DNA of 64,000 bases from assembly GCA_963813155.1 (NCBI GenBank), contig CAWEYG010000003.1, positions 96,001-160,000 of the forward strand, read 5' to 3'. The translations under genes were made by a program, and so were the position numbers. Origin of the DNA: an uncultured Acidobacteriota bacterium (GTDB lineage Bacteria > Acidobacteriota > Thermoanaerobaculia > UBA5066 > DATFVB01). Position 1 is the first letter of the stretch, and every line of letters begins with the position of its first letter. The notes under the pieces are model-generated. The model saw nothing but the letters and a program-made list of their open reading frames with translations. It was not told the origin of the DNA and ran no database searches. This document shows positions 58,472 to 64,000 of the stretch, in pieces.

Positions 58472-59123
58472 CGCGGCCGCCCGCGACTATTTCACGGCGA
58501 TCGAAACCGAGTTCATCCGGCGCCGCGGCAGTCCTTTTCTCCTCTCTCCGAAGGACTTCGAGCTGATCCGGCGCTGGCGCGAGCTCGGCATCCCGGCGGA
58601 CGACGTTTGCCGGGGTATCGCCGACGCGTTCGACCGCCGGGCCGAGAGGGGAGCCCTTTCCCGCATCAACAGCGTCTCGTATTGCGAGGGCGCGGTCCTC
58701 GAGGCCTGGGAGACAAACGCCTCCGCGCGGGTCGGCAAGGTCCGCGCCGGATCGGAGGAAGGCGACACCGAGTCGGTTCTCGATCGGCTCTCCGACGCTC
58801 TGACGCGATCCGCCGCCGGGAATCCCGCCGCGTCGGATGCCATCGGGAACGCCGTGAAGGCCGTTCGAAAGCTCCAGGGCGCGGGCCGGTCGGCGGAGCA
58901 GATCGAAGCTTCTCTGGCCAGGCTCGAAAAGAAGCTTCTGAAAGAGGCCGCCGGTTCGTTGCCGGACGGGGTCATGGCCGAGATCGAGGCCGAGGCGGAC
59001 CGCCGGCTCTCGGGCGACCGGGAAGCGATGGAAGCGCGCGCGTTCCAGCGCACCCGCGACGTTCTCGTCCGGCGAAGGCTGCGGCAGGTGCTGGGAATCC
59101 CGCGGCTGTCGCTTCTGGGATGA
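58446..59123 (+). CDS. Conserved hypothetical protein with DnaD-like N-terminal helical domain
   Basis: LLSPKDFELIRRW...GIP...SVSYCEGAVLEAW. Translationally coupled to both neighbours. Confidence 0.6.
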   Translation: MNETDPAADAAARDYFTAIETEFIRRRGSPFLLSPKDFELIRRWRELGIPADDVCRGIADAFDRRAERGALSRINSVSYCEGAVLEAWETNASARVGKVRAGSEEGDTESVLDRLSDALTRSAAGNPAASDAIGNAVKAVRKLQGAGRSAEQIEASLARLEKKLLKEAAGSLPDGVMAEIEAEADRRLSGDREAMEARAFQRTRDVLVRRRLRQVLGIPRLSLLG

Positions 59124-60310
59124 GCCGAGTCGTTCGGCTCGAGATCGAGCGCCTCGCCCCGACGGGAGAGGGCGTTGCCCGTCTTTCGGGAAAAGTGGTC
59201 TTCGTCGAAGGCGCTCTTCCCGGCGAGCGGATCGACGCCGAGATCTTTGCCGAGCGATCGCGTTTTGCGCGGGCCCGCACCCTGTCCGTCGAGCTTGCTT
59301 CGCCCGACCGGCGCGCGGCCGACGCGCACTCGGAGCGGTGCGGGGGAACCGACTGGGCGCACTTCGACCCGGCCGCCGCGCGGGCCGCGAAGCGCGAGTT
59401 GTTTCTCGAGACGATGTCGCGGATCGGGGGAGTCTCCGCCGCGGCCTTCGGCGCGCTGCCGATCTCGGAGTCGCCGCTGGAGTACCGGCTTCGAAACCAG
59501 TTTCACGTTCAGGGCCGACGGGCGGGATTCTTCGAGCGCCATTCCCACGCGATCGTGCCGATCGACGGGTGCGAGATCGTTTCCGCGCCGGCGCGGGAGC
59601 TCCTCGCGGAGCTCGCGCGGAGCAACGGCGCCGCGGACGATGTCGTCGAGACGATCGACAGCGTCGAAACCGTCGAAACCGGAGCGGGACACGAGATCGC
59701 GCTCTGGAATCGGACGCGGGAGGAGCCCGTGGGCACGAACCGGGCCGTCGAGATTCGTTCGGCGTCGGCGTCGGCGTCGTTCTCGGTCTCCCCTCGCTCC
59801 TTCTTCCAGGTCAACCGGTTTCGGTTTCCGCACCTGTTCGAGGAGGTCCGGGACCGGGCCCGCGCGCTCGGCGGGGCGACGGCCCTGGACGCGTATTCGG
59901 GCGTCGGCTTTTTCACGCGCGCCCTGGCCGACGCCGGTTTTCGCGTGACCGCCGTCGAGGGCTCCGCCGAGTCCGTCGCCTTCGCCCGCGAGAACCTCCT
60001 CCGGCACACCGACCCGGCAGCGGCCGAGATCGTCGCGTCGAGCGTGGAGTCGTTTCTCGAACGGTCGCCGGCTTCGTTCGATCTCGTTCTCGCCGATCCG
60101 CCCCGGGCGGGCCTGTCGGATCACGCCGCCGAGATCGCCCGGCGCGCGCGATCTGCGATCTTCTACGTTTCCTGCGATCCCGCCTCGCTCGCGCGCGACC
60201 TGCGAATCATTCTGGCGCTCGGCTTCGAAGTGGAATCGGCGCATCTCGAGGATTTCTTTCCCCTGACTCATCGGGTGGAGGCGTTCGTCTCCCTTCGGAG
60301 GCGGCCGTGA
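59120..60310 (+). CDS. rlmD: RlmD/TrmA-family RNA (uracil-5)-methyltransferase with TRAM domain
   Basis: VFVEGALPGE, SFFQVN, DAYSGVG, DPPRAG, YVSCDPASLARD and FFP.THRVE motifs. Confidence 0.85.
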   Translation: MSRVVRLEIERLAPTGEGVARLSGKVVFVEGALPGERIDAEIFAERSRFARARTLSVELASPDRRAADAHSERCGGTDWAHFDPAAARAAKRELFLETMSRIGGVSAAAFGALPISESPLEYRLRNQFHVQGRRAGFFERHSHAIVPIDGCEIVSAPARELLAELARSNGAADDVVETIDSVETVETGAGHEIALWNRTREEPVGTNRAVEIRSASASASFSVSPRSFFQVNRFRFPHLFEEVRDRARALGGATALDAYSGVGFFTRALADAGFRVTAVEGSAESVAFARENLLRHTDPAAAEIVASSVESFLERSPASFDLVLADPPRAGLSDHAAEIARRARSAIFYVSCDPASLARDLRIILALGFEVESAHLEDFFPLTHRVEAFVSLRRRP

Positions 60311-62637
60311 TCCGTCCCGTCGCTCGCGCCGGCGCCGCTCCGGCGTTCGTCGCCGCGATCGCCTGCGCGTTCGGAATCTGGGCGGGCGCGTGGAGCACTT
60401 TTGGTGGCGCGCTCGCCGCGCTCCTTGCCGTCTTCTGCGCGGGAATGGTTCTGGCGGCGCCGAGCGAGCGGAGTCGAATCTTCCTTCCGCTGGCCTTCGC
60501 CGCGGCCGGCTTCTCGGCCGGCCGTCTGCGGATCGCGGCTCCGGCCGAGGCGGCCTCCCGGGCTCTGCAGGGGATCGACCGGTCCCGGCCCGCGGAATGG
60601 AGCGGCCGGATCGAAGGGTTCTGGACCGAGGCGGAACACGGGCGATTCACGACGGTTCGCCTCGACCGGTGCCGGCAGGGGACTGTCGAGTTTCCGTTTC
60701 GCGCCCCGGCGAGGATCTGGGTGTCGGGCGAAGCGCCGCCGCCGGCGCTACGCGGAGACCGGTTCCGCGCGACGGCCGTGATCGCGCTTCCCGATCTGCC
60801 GGCATCGCGCCGGGATCTCGCCCAGCCGTTCACGGAATACTCGCTCTCGGTCAAGAGCGCGATGCTGATGGAGCGGAAGGGGCGCACGGCGCTCTCCTGG
60901 ATCTCTCTTCCCGACGAACGGCTCGCGCGCCTCCTTTTCCGATCCGGCCTGCCGGCGGAAACCGTCCAGCAGCCGGTCGCCGCCCTCCTTCTCGGGCGGC
61001 CGGCCGCGCTCGACCGGGGGCTCGCGGGAGACTTCCGGCGCGGCGGCTTGCTGCACGTTCTCGCGATCTCGGGGCTTCACGTCGCTCTCGTGGCCGGTTT
61101 CGTCTTTTTCCTCCTCGGAGCGACGCGCCTGCCGCGGCGATTCCGCGACATCGCGGCCGGCGTGGCGGTCCTCGGATTCGCGCTCGCGGTCGGCGGACGG
61201 ATGCCCGTGCTCCGCGCCGCGCTGACGATCGCGGTGTTCCTGGCTTCGAGACTGCTCGAAAAGCCGGTCTCGCCGCTGCAGGCGATCGGTCTCTCCGCGA
61301 TCGCCGTTCTCGCGATCGACCCTTCGGAATTGTGGCGGGCGGGGTTCTTCATCACCTACGGCGCCGCGATCGGAATCGCGCGGCTCGGCCCTCTCCTCGC
61401 TCGCGCGCTGCGGGCGCTTCCGGCGGGTATCCGGCTGCCCCTCGCGATCGGGCTGGCCGCTCAGGCCGCGGTCGCGCCGATCCTCCTGTGGCGATTCAAC
61501 CTCGTCACGGCGCTCTCCTGGCTCGCCGCTCCAATCGCCATTCCGCTTGCGGCCGCCTTCCTCGTGTTCGGAAGCCTGTTGCTGGCGCTGCTCGCTCTGC
61601 ACCTCTCCCCGTCGGCGCCGGCCGCGGCACTGGTCGCGTGCGAGTGGCTGCTGCGCAGGCTCGCGTCCGCGACGTCGAAGGGGACCTTTCTCGCGGCGAC
61701 TCCCTCGCTCGCGGCGATCGCGGCGCTCGTCGGTCTTCTTTTTCTCGCGACCCGGCGCAGCCCCGCCGCGCGAACGGCCGGAATCGCCGGCTACCTGGCG
61801 CTCTTCGCGTTTCTCGCCTGGAGGACGCCCGCCGAACCGGGTCGCTGCGATTTCTCGGTCGAGGGCCTCGACGTCGGGCAGGGGGACGCGTTCCTCCTTC
61901 GGTCCGGCCGCTCGGCCTTTCTGATCGACGGCGGCGGCCGGTTCGAAGCGACCGACGAGGATTTCGGGAGGGCGAGGCTCCTTCCGAAGCTCCTCGATCG
62001 CGGAGTCGTGCGGCTCGACGGCGCGCTGCTCTCGCACCCGCACCCGGATCACGCCCTGGGGCTGTTCTCGGTCGTCCGCGAAATTCCCGTCGGCACTCTG
62101 TACGTCGGCGAAGGCCCGGACGAAGGAGATCTCGAGCGCCGTCTCGAGGCGGCGGCGTTGGAGCGCGCGGTTCCCGTTCGGACGCTTCGCACCGGTGACG
62201 TCGTCCCGTGGGGCGGGGGCCGGCTCCGCGTGCTTCGCTCCGGGGGCCGGCCTTTCAAGCTCGACCCGGTGAACAACGAGTCGGTCGTGGCGGTCTTCGA
62301 GAAGGGGACCCGCCGGGTGCTCTTCACGGGTGACGCGGGCGCGCCCGTGGAGGAAGAGTTGCTTCGCGGGCCCGGGCTGCTTCCGCGCGTCGATCTCCTC
62401 AAGGTCGGTCACCACGGGAGCCGGACCTCGTCGACGCCCGCGTTTCTCGAGGCCCTGTCGCCGCGAGCGGCGATCCTCTCCTGCGGGAGAAACAATCGAT
62501 TCGGACACCCCGCGCCGGCGACGATCGCGAGCTTCTCGCGCCTGAAGATCCCGGTCTTTCGGACGGACCTCCGGTCGGACGTCGGATTCGCGGTCACCCG
62601 CGAACACCTTCTTCTCTTCGAAAGGGGCATCCCGTGA
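60307..62637 (+). CDS. comEC: ComEC/Rec2 DNA-uptake channel with MBL domain
   Basis: HVLAISGLHV, DVGQGD, SHPHPDH, LFTGDA, KVGHHGS and NRFGHP motifs. Confidence 0.92.
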   Translation: MIRPVARAGAAPAFVAAIACAFGIWAGAWSTFGGALAALLAVFCAGMVLAAPSERSRIFLPLAFAAAGFSAGRLRIAAPAEAASRALQGIDRSRPAEWSGRIEGFWTEAEHGRFTTVRLDRCRQGTVEFPFRAPARIWVSGEAPPPALRGDRFRATAVIALPDLPASRRDLAQPFTEYSLSVKSAMLMERKGRTALSWISLPDERLARLLFRSGLPAETVQQPVAALLLGRPAALDRGLAGDFRRGGLLHVLAISGLHVALVAGFVFFLLGATRLPRRFRDIAAGVAVLGFALAVGGRMPVLRAALTIAVFLASRLLEKPVSPLQAIGLSAIAVLAIDPSELWRAGFFITYGAAIGIARLGPLLARALRALPAGIRLPLAIGLAAQAAVAPILLWRFNLVTALSWLAAPIAIPLAAAFLVFGSLLLALLALHLSPSAPAAALVACEWLLRRLASATSKGTFLAATPSLAAIAALVGLLFLATRRSPAARTAGIAGYLALFAFLAWRTPAEPGRCDFSVEGLDVGQGDAFLLRSGRSAFLIDGGGRFEATDEDFGRARLLPKLLDRGVVRLDGALLSHPHPDHALGLFSVVREIPVGTLYVGEGPDEGDLERRLEAAALERAVPVRTLRTGDVVPWGGGRLRVLRSGGRPFKLDPVNNESVVAVFEKGTRRVLFTGDAGAPVEEELLRGPGLLPRVDLLKVGHHGSRTSSTPAFLEALSPRAAILSCGRNNRFGHPAPATIASFSRLKIPVFRTDLRSDVGFAVTREHLLLFERGIP

Positions 62638-63545
62638 GCCTCCCGCCGCTCGTGCTCGTGCTCGGGCCCACGGCGTCGGGTAAGACGGCGGCGGCGTTCG
62701 AGATCGCGCTCGCCGCCGCGGGCGAGGTCGTGTCCGGAGACGCGTTCGCCGTTTACCGCGGCCTCGACGTGGGAACCGCGAAGCCCTCCCTCGCGATGCG
62801 CCGCGCCGTGCCCCATCATCTGATCGACGTCCGGGAAGCCGGGGAGCCCTATTCGGCGGGGCGCTGGGCGGCCGATGCCCGCGAAGCGGTCGAGCGAATC
62901 GAGGCGCGCGGCCGCGTTCCCGTGATCGCCGGCGGCTCCCACTTCTATCTCCGGGCCCTTCTCGAGGAGCTTCCGGGGGGCGCCGTCGCGTACCCGGAGC
63001 TGCGGTCGTACCTGGCCTCCCGATCGGGGCCCGACGAGAATCGAATCCGAAAGCGGGCCCTCGATTTTCTCGACCCGGAGTATTCGCGGGGAGTTCCGCC
63101 CGGAGACACGTCGCGCCTGAGCCGGGGCCTCGAGATCGTCTACGCAACGGGGCGGCGGGTGAGCGAACGGCCGCGCCCCACGCCGGAGTGGGCGCGGCGG
63201 CGCCGGATCCTCAAGATCGCGCTTCAAATCTCGCGCGAAGACATCTATACTCGAATCGACAGGAGAACCATGGAGATGTGGCGCGCGGGTTGGCCCCGGG
63301 AAGTCGAGGGTCTGCTGGAACAGAACGTGCCGACGACGGCGAATGGCTTCCGCGCGATCGGCTACAGGGAAATTGCCCGGTTCCTCGCGGGCGCCGCCTC
63401 GGAAGAAGAGACGCTCGCGGAAATCACGCGGAAGACACGGCTTCTCGTCAAACGGCAGAAGACCTGGCTCGCTTCCGAGCCCGACGTCGTGTTCGTGCCC
63501 CCGGAGAATGCCGTGGAAAGGGCGTTGCGATGGATTCGCCAGTGA
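62634..63545 (+). CDS. miaA: tRNA dimethylallyltransferase
   Basis: GPTASGKT, VYRGLDVGTAKP, PHHLID, AIGYRE and KRQKTW motifs. Confidence 0.95.
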   Translation: MSLPPLVLVLGPTASGKTAAAFEIALAAAGEVVSGDAFAVYRGLDVGTAKPSLAMRRAVPHHLIDVREAGEPYSAGRWAADAREAVERIEARGRVPVIAGGSHFYLRALLEELPGGAVAYPELRSYLASRSGPDENRIRKRALDFLDPEYSRGVPPGDTSRLSRGLEIVYATGRRVSERPRPTPEWARRRRILKIALQISREDIYTRIDRRTMEMWRAGWPREVEGLLEQNVPTTANGFRAIGYREIARFLAGAASEEETLAEITRKTRLLVKRQKTWLASEPDVVFVPPENAVERALRWIRQ

Positions 63546-63781
63546 ACAAGGCTCCGATCAACGTCCAGGATTCGTTTTTCTACTCTCTTCGTCACGACGA
63601 CTCGCTGGTGGAGGTCGTGCTGTTGAGCGGTGGAACCCGGCTCGGAAGGCTCAAGCGGTTCGACAAGTTCTCCCTCGTTCTCGAGGTCTCCGGCCACGAG
63701 GAGATGATCTACAAGCACGCGATCGCGTGCATTCGAGCCGAAGCCCACCGGCCCCCGCCGCCCGCGCCCCCGGTTCCGTGA
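63530..63781 (+). CDS. hfq: RNA chaperone Hfq
   Basis: NVQDSFF...FDKFSLVL...MIYKHAI; conserved position after miaA. Confidence 0.9.
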   Translation: MDSPVNKAPINVQDSFFYSLRHDDSLVEVVLLSGGTRLGRLKRFDKFSLVLEVSGHEEMIYKHAIACIRAEAHRPPPPAPPVP

Positions 63782-64000
63782 GACTCCGCGCCCTCGGCGC
63801 GATCGTGGTGCTGGGCGTTGCTGGCGCTTCGTGCCGCTCTCCGGCCCCGGCGGGGTCGCTTCCGGCGTACCTGCTCGACCCGCGGACGGGCCTCGACGGC
63901 CCGTTTTCCGAGTCCGTGAATGAGGGCTGGAACCTTCTGCGCCGGGGCCGCCCGGCCGAAGCGCTGCGCGCGTTCCAGGCAGACCCGAAGTCGCCCGCAG
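63778..64000 (+). CDS. Lipoprotein, probably TPR-containing, 3'-partial
   Basis: GTG 63778 overlaps the hfq stop; MRLRALGAIVVLGVAGASC lipobox; GWNLLRRGRPAEALRAF TPR-like helix. Confidence 0.6.
   Translation, partial: MRLRALGAIVVLGVAGASCRSPAPAGSLPAYLLDPRTGLDGPFSESVNEGWNLLRRGRPAEALRAFQADPKSPA

Overview
High-GC bacterial chromosomal segment. The gene set (tandem Ser/Thr kinase-propeller proteins, exosortase H, RomR-like regulator) suggests Acidobacteriota, but this is an inference. Most of the window is housekeeping or metabolic: a purine-nucleoside salvage operon, glutamate dehydrogenase, an ECF sigma/anti-sigma locus, hbd, proS, maeB, guaA, dnaE, a tRNA nucleotidyltransferase, rsmD, metK, a leucine-catabolism (liu/MCC) operon, valS, birA, coaX, rlmD, comEC, miaA and hfq. 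The main accessory feature is an integrase-less integron cassette array (CALIN; about 45.55-49.9 kb, six attC-like sites, five cassettes) inside the liu operon. One attC is interrupted by an IS1111-type (IS110 family) element. Its 3' non-coding end folds on paper into a bridge/seekRNA-like structure whose loops match the attC target flanks and the element's own ends. Other notable items: a solitary DGQHR (DndB-like) gene, a YefM-YoeB module with a clear operator, a RomR-like polarity protein next to valS, a DnaD-like protein, a histone-like basic/acidic protein and an internally deleted cupin remnant. Single-base frameshifts cluster between about 36.5 and 51 kb and are probably sequencing errors. 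No tRNA, rRNA or CRISPR array was seen.
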